In this document: positions 40,092 through 49,730 of the stretch, piece after piece
Position numbering within the stretch: position 1 is the stretch's first letter
How the letters are laid out: the number at the start of each line of letters is the position of its first letter
Origin: Planctomycetota bacterium
GTDB taxonomy: Bacteria > Planctomycetota > B15-G4
DNA length: 64,000 nucleotides
Direction: 5' to 3'
Assembly: GCA_965248575.1 (NCBI GenBank)
Contig: CBDFJQ010000002.1
Coordinates: 2,176,001 to 2,240,000 of the forward strand
Position numbers and translations under genes: made by a program
Notes under the pieces: generated by a model
The model's database searches: none
The model's input: only the letters and a program-made list of their open reading frames with translations
What the model was told of the DNA's origin: nothing

Positions 40092-41159
40092 ATGCTCATA
40101 CTCACGGCCAGCTGGATCATGGTGACCGCCTTGGCGGCACTCCCGCTCCAGCCGCAGCTCCAAGGCCCCGCGGTCTCCCAGAAGCCGCGTCTGACCGCCG
40201 CGCGCTCCAGCAACTGTACCCCGGTCGGCGCGAGCCACCCGATGACCTATGTCGTCGGGGGACATCAGGGGAATACCCTCGTCACGACGGCCGACCCGGA
40301 CACGCGCAGGTTCCTGGTGTTCGTTCCCAGCAGCTACGAGCCGCAGGGCAAGCCGTATCCTGTCGTCTACGTGTTCCCAGGGACCGGCCAGACGGGACCG
40401 GACATCCAGGGCAACACCAACTGGAGCCAGGCAGCGGAGGCTTTTGACTTCATCGTCGTGTACCCGGAGGGCCTGCAGTACCTCCTGCAGGACGGAACCA
40501 CTCAGCGGAAGTGGAACACACCCGCCGTGGTCCAGGCCGCCGATCCCTCGGAGTTGCCCCTGGCGGACGACGTGCTCTTCATCCGCGAAGTCCACAACTC
40601 ACTCGGCAATCAGATACACATCGATTGCGACCGCGTCTACGCCACCGGCTTCTCCAACGGCGGCGCGTTCGTCAAGACGCGTGTCCGCGTCGGCCTGGCC
40701 GACATCTTCGCGGCCACGAGCTCCGCTGCGGGCATCGGTGTCGACACGAACTCGCCGCCCGACTACTTCCCCGCGGACGGCACCTCGTTCCGACCGCACT
40801 TCGGGATCGGCGGAACCGCGGACGAGGGCTTCGTGTCCTACTGCATCGCCCTGGGCGACCTCGACCCGGGCGACCCCTTCCCGCTCCAGATCGCCGACAT
40901 CATCGCCACGCCCTGCATCTGGAATCCGGTCACCACGCTGGCGGCATCGATCGGGTTGGATCCCTGGACGTTCCAGTCGACCGAGCACGCGTCATATACA
41001 GAGATCGAATGGGACAGCGCGCTCCTGCCGGGCCCCGGCCCGACGGAGTACCGCTTCCGGATCCTGCCCGGACTCGGTCACGAATACCCAAGCGGGGACA
41101 ACTATCCGACGGACTACGTCCCGATCTACTACACGTGGATGAGTCAGTTCACACGGTAG
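40092..41159 (+). CDS. secreted alpha/beta hydrolase (PHB depolymerase / LpqC-like esterase)
   Basis: FIVVYPEG, DDVLFI, RVYATGFSNGG nucleophile elbow, GTAD, GHEYP. Confidence 0.85.
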   Translation: MLILTASWIMVTALAALPLQPQLQGPAVSQKPRLTAARSSNCTPVGASHPMTYVVGGHQGNTLVTTADPDTRRFLVFVPSSYEPQGKPYPVVYVFPGTGQTGPDIQGNTNWSQAAEAFDFIVVYPEGLQYLLQDGTTQRKWNTPAVVQAADPSELPLADDVLFIREVHNSLGNQIHIDCDRVYATGFSNGGAFVKTRVRVGLADIFAATSSAAGIGVDTNSPPDYFPADGTSFRPHFGIGGTADEGFVSYCIALGDLDPGDPFPLQIADIIATPCIWNPVTTLAASIGLDPWTFQSTEHASYTEIEWDSALLPGPGPTEYRFRILPGLGHEYPSGDNYPTDYVPIYYTWMSQFTR

Positions 41160-41220
41160 GCAAGCTCGAGTTCGAGGTCGGGTTGTCGAGAGGGTTGTGC
41201 CTCCCGCAAACTCCATCCTG

Positions 41221-41314
41221 CCCGTCCTGTCCAGAAACTCGGCCGACGAATATTCCGAGCCATCCTAGGGATTCGATGCCCGCACGACGCGGCTGAGTTT
41301 GTGGACATGACGGG
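41221..41314. mobile_element. 94 bp MITE-like element with 24 bp imperfect terminal inverted repeats
   Basis: CCCGTCCTGTCCAGAAACTCGGCC and GGCTGAGTTTGTGGACATGACGGG (21/24). The left end recurs exactly at 62725-62748. Confidence 0.75.
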
Positions 41315-41369
41315 GTCGGATCGCATTTCGCGAAGAGCAACCGCCGGGCCTCCGGCAGGGATTCGATGC

Positions 41370-43310
41370 TCAGCGCCCGTGCTCGGCGACGAGTTGGCTC
41401 AGCTCACGCATCAGCGCGAGCACTTCCTTGTTGTCTCCTTCGTCATAATTGCCGAGAGAGAATTTGTACACCGAACCACTGGCTCGTGTGCACTCGATGA
41501 CGACGCGCTTCGTCCCGCATCGTCCGAGGGACTTCGTGCTCACTGCGATGGTGCGCAGCGCCAACGGTTCGAAGGTCAAGTCATCGAAATCTCCTCTGTC
41601 CCTTTCGGAGGGAAGGCGGTGAGCCTCACCAAAGGCGACCCACCGGGTTTGATCCGTGAGCACCAGGCTCGTCTCATCTTGACTCAACTTGCAGTGGTAC
41701 GCGAAACCCACGGCCCAGTTATCGCAGTGGATCTCGTCGTAGCGACTCTCGCTGGTAAGAATCTGCCTGATCCTGTTAAGGATCTTCGCGACACGCCCCC
41801 TCCGTGCGCGAACGTCTTCGGGCACCGCGTTACTAAAGGAAGCGATGCGTGCCACCGGCGCTCGCATCCAGTCAGCGAGGCCTGTGGTTTGCTCGTCCGT
41901 CTCGGCCGCCCAGAAGAGGTATTCGCCCCACTCGCTGTATGGGCTGGCGAAACCGGGGGCCTCCCAGCCCATGAGGGCGTGCACCGGCACGAGGGCTCGA
42001 CCCATCTGAAGAGGTTGCAGGGCAGCAGATGACTCGTCGCGTAGGTAGCGGGCACGGACAAGCGCCGCCGGCACGGCAAGCGCGGTCTCCTCGTTGGCAT
42101 GGTCGAGCGTCTCGGAGAACCAACTGTGATAGGCCAATGGAATCACATCGGTGCTCAGACCCGCCAACACGTCCGATTTTCGCGACGGCTGTGGCAGCGT
42201 CATCACGCCAACACCCTCGCGCTTCACGGTCAGGCTCACGATCGAACCAGCCTCTATGGAGTTGAGAATCGGTGAGATGCGAGTCCAGGTTTCGACACGT
42301 TCCTCTCCGATGGAGAGCAAGACGTCGCCCGCCTTCGCTCCCAATTCATCCCCGAGCGACCCAGAGGCCACAGTGCGGAGGAGCACGCCGGCCTCGGTGT
42401 CGGCGACCGCTACGCCCAACTTGTCCACGCCCGCCTGCTTCTTCACAAACATGGGACGCTTCACGAGCGCCGGCGCGACCATCGCGGATTGAACGAGCGC
42501 CTCGTACGCCCCCGACCAGCGGGTCACGTGGTTCGCGAACTTGTCCTCCTCCCACAGATCGACGTCGAAGTCACTCTTGATCACCAGGAACGCCTGTGAA
42601 CCCTTGGCGTTGAACGCGATGTCGATGTAGTCCGAGATGCTGTCAGCCAGGAAGCTCGGCTGCTTTCGGAGCACGGTGGGCGCACCCCCGCCCTCGGCCG
42701 CCTCGAACGCGCGGTCCTCCATGCGTCCCAGGTGCGTCTCGATCAGGCTGCGCACCTCAGGAACGAGTTCGTCCACCTTGGAGAGGTCACGCGAGTCGTA
42801 CGGAGCGTGGAAGCCGACGGCGCTGGCGCCCTCGGCGATCTGGAGCACGTCACCCGCCAACCAGACCATGGCGGCCGCGGACCAGGCCCCGCGATCGACC
42901 GCGCAGGTCACAATCTGCAGGCCAGACCTCTCGGCGTAGTCGCGAATGGCCTCGATCATCCGTGGCGCCTCGAAGTAGACGCCGCCGGGAGAGCAGATGC
43001 TGATCGTGACGGAGGTCACATCGTCGTCGATCTCGATCGCGTTGAGCGCCTGCTTCATTCGGATGCTGTCGAAGACATCCACCGGCCCGTGCAGGTGGAC
43101 TTGGCGCAGGGCGGACCAGTCGGCGTCGTTCATGCCCTCCGGCTGTTGGACGCTGCACATCATCACGCCGTCCTTGTGTGGCAGGAAGCTGGAGCCGGCT
43201 TCGCGCCCGCCCTTGATGACGACGATGTCAGCAGCAAAGCCCACCTGCGCCATGCTGAGCACCGTAGCGAGCAGGATCGAGACCGTGATGAAGGTTGGGT
43301 GTCGGGCCAT
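41370..43310 (-). CDS. secreted protein with ClpP/crotonase-like domain and PDZ domain
   Basis: Signal peptide; ICSPGG...AWSAAAMVWLAGD...GFHAP; LGVAV...GSLGDELGAKAGDVLLSIG. Confidence 0.7.
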   Translation of the reverse strand: MARHPTFITVSILLATVLSMAQVGFAADIVVIKGGREAGSSFLPHKDGVMMCSVQQPEGMNDADWSALRQVHLHGPVDVFDSIRMKQALNAIEIDDDVTSVTISICSPGGVYFEAPRMIEAIRDYAERSGLQIVTCAVDRGAWSAAAMVWLAGDVLQIAEGASAVGFHAPYDSRDLSKVDELVPEVRSLIETHLGRMEDRAFEAAEGGGAPTVLRKQPSFLADSISDYIDIAFNAKGSQAFLVIKSDFDVDLWEEDKFANHVTRWSGAYEALVQSAMVAPALVKRPMFVKKQAGVDKLGVAVADTEAGVLLRTVASGSLGDELGAKAGDVLLSIGEERVETWTRISPILNSIEAGSIVSLTVKREGVGVMTLPQPSRKSDVLAGLSTDVIPLAYHSWFSETLDHANEETALAVPAALVRARYLRDESSAALQPLQMGRALVPVHALMGWEAPGFASPYSEWGEYLFWAAETDEQTTGLADWMRAPVARIASFSNAVPEDVRARRGRVAKILNRIRQILTSESRYDEIHCDNWAVGFAYHCKLSQDETSLVLTDQTRWVAFGEAHRLPSERDRGDFDDLTFEPLALRTIAVSTKSLGRCGTKRVVIECTRASGSVYKFSLGNYDEGDNKEVLALMRELSQLVAEHGR

Positions 43311-43651
43311 TGGCTGATTGCTCTCGTGTTCCATTGACTGTCGGCTGGGAATCACAGGGCGGTGCCTCCCAGCTACGCCGTCCGCCCTTCCCAGCACGGA
43401 CTCGCGCCACCATAGCAGTGGGCCTAAAACCCATGTGCATACCGTTTAGTCGATCCGCCTCGCTGATCATCCAAGTTGGCCGACGCGACCATGGCTTCGA
43501 GGTGTGGCGCGCCCATCCAGCGCGCCAACTTGACCGTGACTTCGCGTCGAATAGGCAGTGCTGTTCACACACGACGGACCTCGACTGTGAACTTATGTCG
43601 CGGTGACGCCAATCAGGCGATGCGTGAGTAGACGTGATGCAATCCGCCCAA

Positions 43652-43893
43652 TACCGGTCATCACACCAGGCGAACCGAGCCATTCCTCCTGACCGAACAA
43701 CCGGGGAACCACTTTTGCTGGTTGGAGCGAGTGCGGGGCTGTGTGCTGCGTGAGGCGGGACATGCCGGGCGGGGTGGCGATCGCGCGCACAGGGCGGTGG
43801 TTGCGGTGGAGTGGCTAACGGGGCCGCGACGGCGATGGCTCTCTGCGACATTCGTGGGAGAACCAGCCTCGAGTGTCAGCGACAGAATCGGGC
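43652..43893 (+). repeat. junction module copy 2 (one 53 bp unit + CCGGGGAACCA + conserved flank)
   Basis: CCGGGGAACCA at 43701-43711, followed by about 150 bp homologous to 39275-39417. Confidence 0.85.
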
Positions 43894-45046
43894 TTCCACG
43901 CCCTCCACCACGCCTCCGGGCTTGGGCCAAGGCCTTCGCGGCAGCAGCCCGAAGAGACCACCTCGACGGGAGAGGGCGGTGCGTCCACCTCCAACGACGC
44001 GAAACTGCCCACTCTCGAGAATGGCCTCCAACTCAGGAAACACGCCGAGGGCTTGCTGAAGATGGGCGGCGTAGCTCGTCGCCCGGGCCTTGAAGCCTCA
44101 GGAGTGGCAGTCTTGGCTGCGGATGTTCATGGTGCGCGCACGCTAGCGCGCCGCTGCGCCGACGGCTCGCGGACAATCGGAGCGCAGAAGCACGTCCCCC
44201 TCCCCTGTTGCGGAGCGACAGATCATGCCCGTCCAAGATGTCGCAAATCGCTACAACCGGCAGGCGCCCGCCTACCTTGAGTCCTGGGCGTCGATCCTTC
44301 ACGGGCCGGGGCGACGGATCCTGGCTGAGTTCGAAGCTGCCGGAGCGCGCCGCGTGCTCGACGTCGGCGCGGGAGTGGGCTCCTTGATGCCGCAGGTGCA
44401 GGCGAGCTTTCCCGGTGCGACCGTGCTCGGATGCGATGGTTCGCCCGGCATGCTGGCCCTCAGACCCGAGGGCACGCTGGCCGCGGTCATGGATGCGAAC
44501 CGGCTGGCTGTCTCCCCGGCGAGCGTGGATCTGGTGCTCGCGGTCTTCATGCTCTTCTTCCTCGAAGAACCAGTCGTGGGTCTGCGCGAGATGCGGCGCG
44601 TGCTACGGCCGGGAGGGAGTCTCGGCACGGTGACCTGGGGCACATCCATGGACTCGGTCGCCCAAGACGCCTGGGGCGAGTGCGTCGAAGCGTGCCGAGC
44701 GGAGTCTGGTGCGCAGGACCCGCCTGCACCTCCGGTCAAGAACGATGAAGCCGTGGAGACTCCGGAGAAGATGGCCTGCCTCCTGGAAGCCGCGGGCTTC
44801 ACAGCGGTGCGATCGTGGACGGAGGAACATGCCGCCACCATCGATCTCGAGCAGGTCATCCGCCTCAAGACAACCCTCGGACACGAGAGGGTCCTGTTCG
44901 AGACTCTGACCCCTGACGCGCGGACGGTCTGTATTGAACGCGCACGGGAACGACTCAGCTCGCTGCAGCCGAAAGACTTCGTGGCGCGCGCGACGATCGT
45001 CTTCGCGACCGGTCGCTGTGCTGGCTGAAGAGTTGTGGGTTCCGAA
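43866..45046 (+). repeat. 1.18 kb direct duplication, copy A
   Basis: Near-identical to 54267-55362 (offset 10401 bp before the deletion). Confidence 0.95.
44225..45028 (+). CDS. class I SAM-dependent methyltransferase
   Basis: VLDVGAGVG, D.SPGML, RRVLRPGG. Confidence 0.9.
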   Translation: MPVQDVANRYNRQAPAYLESWASILHGPGRRILAEFEAAGARRVLDVGAGVGSLMPQVQASFPGATVLGCDGSPGMLALRPEGTLAAVMDANRLAVSPASVDLVLAVFMLFFLEEPVVGLREMRRVLRPGGSLGTVTWGTSMDSVAQDAWGECVEACRAESGAQDPPAPPVKNDEAVETPEKMACLLEAAGFTAVRSWTEEHAATIDLEQVIRLKTTLGHERVLFETLTPDARTVCIERARERLSSLQPKDFVARATIVFATGRCAG

Positions 45047-45174
45047 TAATCTATCCGGCCTGCTTGGCCGTGGTATCCGGAGCCTCGGCCGGCGGGGATC
45101 GGCCAGCTTGGCGAGGGGCGGATGGCGAACTCAGCGCGCCCGGCCGACCCAAGGGGACTCACACCAGTGCCGGG

Positions 45175-45690
45175 CTAAAGCCGCAACCACCAGTGGTAGG
45201 TGTCCACCTCCACCTGATCCTGGAGGATCGTCACCGCCAGGCGATAGAGGCAGGGCGCCTCGACAGCCAAGGCTTGGTGCGGATCCGAAAGCTCCCCGGT
45301 TCCGGGGGAATCCAAGTTCACGATCTCGAGACTGACGCTTTGCGTCCAGCCCGTCAGTCCGGAAATTTCGGTGCCGTCGGCCATGATCGGCGGCGAGAAG
45401 CTCGCACCGTGCAAGGAACCGAAGGCTTCGATCCCCGCGAATGTGGTCACGACTGTTGTGGCAACAGTCTTTCGTGGCAGGGTCTGTGCCAGCTTGTGGA
45501 TCTCTCTCGCCAGCTGTCGAGCAGACAGGGAGTCGTCGGCGTATGCGTACTTCGCGCTCGCCGACGTGAACACCGCCTCCGAGCTCGCAATGGCCAGGAC
45601 GATCAGCACTGTCGCGAGCAGCACTTCGATGAGAGTGAAACCCGCAGAGCAACGGGCGCTGGGATGTCGAAGTCGGGGTGGCGTGCGCAT
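45175..45690 (-). CDS. minor pilin/pseudopilin, PilV/GspI-like (set A)
   Basis: Prepilin site AG|FTLIE plus hydrophobic helix; paralogue of 50729-51214. Confidence 0.8.
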   Translation of the reverse strand: MRTPPRLRHPSARCSAGFTLIEVLLATVLIVLAIASSEAVFTSASAKYAYADDSLSARQLAREIHKLAQTLPRKTVATTVVTTFAGIEAFGSLHGASFSPPIMADGTEISGLTGWTQSVSLEIVNLDSPGTGELSDPHQALAVEAPCLYRLAVTILQDQVEVDTYHWWLRL

Positions 45691-45717
45691 GATTTTTCCC
45701 TGGGCCTTTTGCAGGGC

Positions 45718-47181
45718 CTACTGTCCGATGAGCTGGAGGGTCGGGCTTTCGCCGGGCACCTGGCCGTGCCAAGGGTTGATGGCGAGGGACTGCGAGGTCA
45801 CCAGGGAGGTGCCGGTCGCCGTCCTGCCGTTGTTCAGGTCGATGGTGGAGATCAGGTGGGTGATCACCTCGGTCTCCGACGTCTGGGTGAAGGTGCGCAT
45901 GCCGTCCATCAGAAAGTCCACGTCCCAATCCTGTGCGCTGAACACCAACTCTCCTTCGCGTCTCATGGCGACACCCGAGTTCACAGTGGAAGCCAAGGCG
46001 TGGGGAGAGAAGACGAGACAACCGTGGCCGTTGAATCGCAGCACCATCGTGAAGGGTGTGCCGGGCTCGAGGGACGGCCCTAAGCCCGTCATGTCGAGTG
46101 GCACGGCCGTCGTCGGGACATCGATCTCGAGCTTCGGATTGCTGAATGAAATGACAGGTGAGTAGGTCACCCCGGTGAATCTCCAAGTGGCGGCCGGAAG
46201 CGAGGTGGCCACCAATTCGATGATGGCCAAGGCGGGGCCACTCACGGGGATGGCGTCATCCGAGGCCCCAGACTCGTAGATCCCTATCGTGATCGTGTCT
46301 CCGACTCCGGTGCTCGGAACGCACGGGCCCATGGTGTCGCTATGATGGTCCTCGTGAACAGGAACAGCGGGAAGACCGATGGTGAGCGTCTGGCCATGCT
46401 TTTTGTTGCCGGGCGGGTAGTGGCAGATGGTGTGGCCACCAATGGCAGGCTGCGCGGGGATGTTCGGGAGGACCGGGAGGTATGAGAGAGGTAGAAGGAG
46501 GCGCTCCAGAGCCGCCCTGAGCATCTGCTCCTTCACGTCGGGGATCGGATGGACACCGGCAGGCGCCGCTGCGGGAATCGTGAAGCTGAGAGCGATGGCA
46601 TCGTTGCCGAGCAAGAGTCCGGGCGAGGGCGTCGGATCGTAGTACGGCGGGATGAGCGCGTCGGGCACAGGGCTGCCCAGGATGGGGATCTCAATGGACA
46701 CGCCCGGACCATTCGGCGTGCTGTCGTACCAGAGGCCGTAGGAATCGAGCGGGGCGATGTCGCGTAGCCGACGGGTGGTTTCCGCCGCAAAGCTCAATGA
46801 GGAAACATCTTCGACAAGAACACCCGACGCTCCGCTGGGTCGGGTCACCTTCAGTACCGAGCCGTCCTTTTCATACGTTGTGGCTCGACCTGCGGGGTCC
46901 GTGATGAGCAGGCTTGTAGCTGTCGGCCGCTCAACGGTCCAAGCAAGGCCCACGGCGATGTTGATCTCCTCGAGGGCAGCCTCAAGATCGGTGTCAAAGT
47001 CGGCCGTGGCTGCCGCCACCTGACTGCCATAGAGGCCGGCTGAGCCACTGAGTGCCACCAGCAACATGGAGCCCAGTGCAAATGCCAGCAAGACCTCCGG
47101 CAGGGTGAATCCCCTGCAAGAGGAGTGGGCGTGCGTCGGGACATACCGTGGCACTGCAGCGGTTTCGGAAGGCGTATTCAT
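45718..47181 (-). CDS. large minor pilin/pseudopilin, PilW/GspJ-like (set A)
   Basis: RG|FTLPE; paralogue of 51211-52611; ATGA overlap with the upstream gene. Confidence 0.8.
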   Translation of the reverse strand: MNTPSETAAVPRYVPTHAHSSCRGFTLPEVLLAFALGSMLLVALSGSAGLYGSQVAAATADFDTDLEAALEEINIAVGLAWTVERPTATSLLITDPAGRATTYEKDGSVLKVTRPSGASGVLVEDVSSLSFAAETTRRLRDIAPLDSYGLWYDSTPNGPGVSIEIPILGSPVPDALIPPYYDPTPSPGLLLGNDAIALSFTIPAAAPAGVHPIPDVKEQMLRAALERLLLPLSYLPVLPNIPAQPAIGGHTICHYPPGNKKHGQTLTIGLPAVPVHEDHHSDTMGPCVPSTGVGDTITIGIYESGASDDAIPVSGPALAIIELVATSLPAATWRFTGVTYSPVISFSNPKLEIDVPTTAVPLDMTGLGPSLEPGTPFTMVLRFNGHGCLVFSPHALASTVNSGVAMRREGELVFSAQDWDVDFLMDGMRTFTQTSETEVITHLISTIDLNNGRTATGTSLVTSQSLAINPWHGQVPGESPTLQLIGQ

Positions 47182-47672
47182 GACCTCGAGAGTTTCCCGG
47201 TGGCTTCGTTCAGGACCAGGGTGCGCGTGGCGTTTCCGCAACGCAGGTTGACTTGCCCGTCGGTGAGCGGCACCCCATCGGCATCGAACAGCAGATTGCC
47301 GCCAGCGGCACCGAAGGAGACGGACACCATGTCGAGGTTGTTTGGCTGGTTCGGGGCGTGGAGGTCGACGACATAGTCCCCTTTCGAAAGCGGGTCCGGC
47401 ACAAGAGTTGCCGTCTCGTCAATCACGCCGAACCGCTCATTGGTCACATCGAACACAACGGCGTGTGCCGTGCGGGTGGCGCGCGCCCGCGACTGCGCGT
47501 ACTCCAGGGCATCCTTGATTTGGGTCTCAAGCAAATTGAGTCGTGTCTCGCCCTGCTCGCCTGACGCCATGGCCGCCGTGGCCGCGAGCATCCCGATCAG
47601 CACGACGACCAACAGCAACTCAACCAACGCAAAGCCGCTCTGCTCCCACCGTCTGGTGTCACTTTTTGCCAT
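47178..47672 (-). CDS. minor pilin/pseudopilin, FimT/GspH-like (set A)
   Basis: SG|FALVE; AQSRA...; LFDADG.P; LNEATG. Confidence 0.85.
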   Translation of the reverse strand: MAKSDTRRWEQSGFALVELLLVVVLIGMLAATAAMASGEQGETRLNLLETQIKDALEYAQSRARATRTAHAVVFDVTNERFGVIDETATLVPDPLSKGDYVVDLHAPNQPNNLDMVSVSFGAAGGNLLFDADGVPLTDGQVNLRCGNATRTLVLNEATGKLSRS

Positions 47673-48696
47673 GAGGTTTCCCCACCGTTGGAAATGCATA
47701 GTCGGTGAGAGTGCTCAGGTCACCGATGACGAGGGGGCGTGGCACGAAGGCCATGGAGACCGTCTCGAAGGCTCCTTGGGCAGTCAGCGCGGACGACCAG
47801 GAAATGGGGGCACGGCCGGCGCCAATGTGCGCGACATCGATGTGCAACAGCGGGTCTCCAACGCTGGCGACCCGCCCGCGGACGGTGCCTGGGCAACCCA
47901 GGGTCAGGTCGTGAACAGCCACGTCGCCCACGATCTGCAGGCGGGCGTCCGAGTCGCTCGTAGTGATGACGCCGTCGGGCATGAGCACGGCCAGGCCTGG
48001 CGCGATGTCGCTCGCCAGTATGCGGACGTTGCCACCGACAACCAGTTCCGGAGCCGTATTGGGATCGAAGACCGGGAAGAGGGCCGCGGTCAACGAATGG
48101 CCTGAGATGACCATGCCGCGCACGATGACGTTGTCCAGCGTCAGCTGAACGCCGGTCTCGATGACGACCAGCCCCTCGAGAACGGTGTTGGAGACAGTCG
48201 TCGAAGTCGAATAAGTGAAGGTCGGAACTGGCTTGCCTGCCGTCAAGGAAAGACGTGCGCTCTCCTCAAGACGTGGCAGCGTGTTGCAGTCGAGATTGGT
48301 GGGCGCAGGCATCCGCTCCACCTCGATGAGGCGCGTGACGCCCATGCCGTCCGGGGCCAAGGCCTGGAGCCCGAGGCGAACGCTGTCATTCCCGAGAGCG
48401 GCCACGGACAGGGAGGTGTCGTGCCTCGTCGTCTCCGACTTGACGGCACCCAGGATCTTGTCGGCATTCACAGGGATGCCCGCCCTATCTGACTGCATGA
48501 CGAACTCGAGTTGGGAGGCGGCGATCTCGTGCGCCTCGACGAAGGAGCTGTTCACCGAAGACGAATGAGCGTGAATCACCGCGTGTCGTGAATAGGTGAT
48601 CGCAATGGAGGCCATGGCCCCCACTAGCAGCAGCAGGGCCACAAGGATGTAACCCCGCTCATGTCGTGGGCGTGATCTGGGAAACGCTCGTCTCAC
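47659..48696 (-). CDS. PilX/GspK-like pilin (set A)
   Basis: RG|YILVA with no Glu at +5; GTG start after GGAGAAGG; paralogue of 49731-50732. Confidence 0.7.
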   Translation of the reverse strand: MRRAFPRSRPRHERGYILVALLLLVGAMASIAITYSRHAVIHAHSSSVNSSFVEAHEIAASQLEFVMQSDRAGIPVNADKILGAVKSETTRHDTSLSVAALGNDSVRLGLQALAPDGMGVTRLIEVERMPAPTNLDCNTLPRLEESARLSLTAGKPVPTFTYSTSTTVSNTVLEGLVVIETGVQLTLDNVIVRGMVISGHSLTAALFPVFDPNTAPELVVGGNVRILASDIAPGLAVLMPDGVITTSDSDARLQIVGDVAVHDLTLGCPGTVRGRVASVGDPLLHIDVAHIGAGRAPISWSSALTAQGAFETVSMAFVPRPLVIGDLSTLTDYAFPTVGKPHGKK

Positions 48697-48800
48697 AGCA
48701 CCTTCTCCGATCGGAATGCTCGGTGGTCCCTACCGACGCACTCAGGCCATCGACGCTTGGAGTCCGGCGGCTTGAGCGGTTCTGGCCCATCGCAACCCTG

Positions 48801-49201
48801 CGCGTACCGTCCATTTCGCTATCCCCTCCGCACACTTCACCCGCCTCCCTCGTCATGAAGACTGGCGGGCCCTATCGCGCGATTCTGTACTTCATGAGGC
48901 CATTCAGCCTGCCAATATGGCCGTCGCAATCATCCTAGGCCACGCCGCATCAGGACTTACGACGACCGCTGCCCGCGACTCGAAGTCGATTCAGGCTGCG
49001 CTACACGGTCGCCAGTTGCCGGCGGAGTATGAGGTTGTCGAGGATCAGGAATTGGCCGTTCAACGCGAGGCCTGCAGGAGTCCAAGAGGAATCGTGGCAG
49101 TAGACATCCGCAAATCGTTGCGGGCTCACTTGGCTAGGCCGAGCGAAGCGCGCGACGGTGCCAAGAGCTCACGCTGAAGACGATCGGATCAACTCTACGG
49201 G
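48801..49201 (-). mobile_element. degenerate integrase-derived relic between the two pilin sets
   Basis: Minus strand reads LILDNLILRRQLATV*RS and GRLNGLMKYRIAR*. ACTCTACGGG at 49192-49201 matches the element end at 63029-63038. Confidence 0.45.
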
Positions 49202-49230
49202 ATCCACACCGGGAGAGGTCGCTGCCGAGG

Positions 49231-49728
49231 CTACTCGATCCAGCCGGTCGCCGCGTCCAGCGTGAGCGCTAGGCTCTGGCCGTTGCACTCAAGCGTCACC
49301 GAGCCGCCAGAGACCGGATCGCCTTGTGCATCGAAGATTGCGGCGGACGAGGTCGTTCCAAAGTCGGCCGCCGCAATGAGGAGTCCCGAGGGCATGTCGG
49401 GCCGGTTGAAATCGACCACGTAGTCGCTCTTCGTAAGCAGATCGATCACCGGTGTGCCGTCCATTGCCAAGACGATGAACCTCTCACCTGTCGCGTCGAA
49501 GGCGACACCGTGAGGAACGCGGGTGGAGAGCGCTCGGCTACGCGCAGTGTGCATGGCATCACGCACGTACAATTCGCCCTGAGTGAGTGCCTGCCCCCCA
49601 TTGTCGATAGCGGGTATTCCAGCAACCCCGATCAGCACTCCGAGAACGACCACGACGACCATCAACTCGATGAACGTGAAGCCGGTGTCGCGGCGCCCCG
49701 TCGGCGCATGCCTTTTTGGCGAGACCAC
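49231..49728 (-). CDS. minor pilin/pseudopilin, FimT/GspH-like (set B)
   Basis: TG|FTFIE; collinear with 47178-47672 (ARSRA, FDATGERF, KSDYVVD, FDAQG.P, LDAATG). Confidence 0.85.
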   Translation of the reverse strand: MVSPKRHAPTGRRDTGFTFIELMVVVVVLGVLIGVAGIPAIDNGGQALTQGELYVRDAMHTARSRALSTRVPHGVAFDATGERFIVLAMDGTPVIDLLTKSDYVVDFNRPDMPSGLLIAAADFGTTSSAAIFDAQGDPVSGGSVTLECNGQSLALTLDAATGWIE

Positions 49729-49730
49729 GT

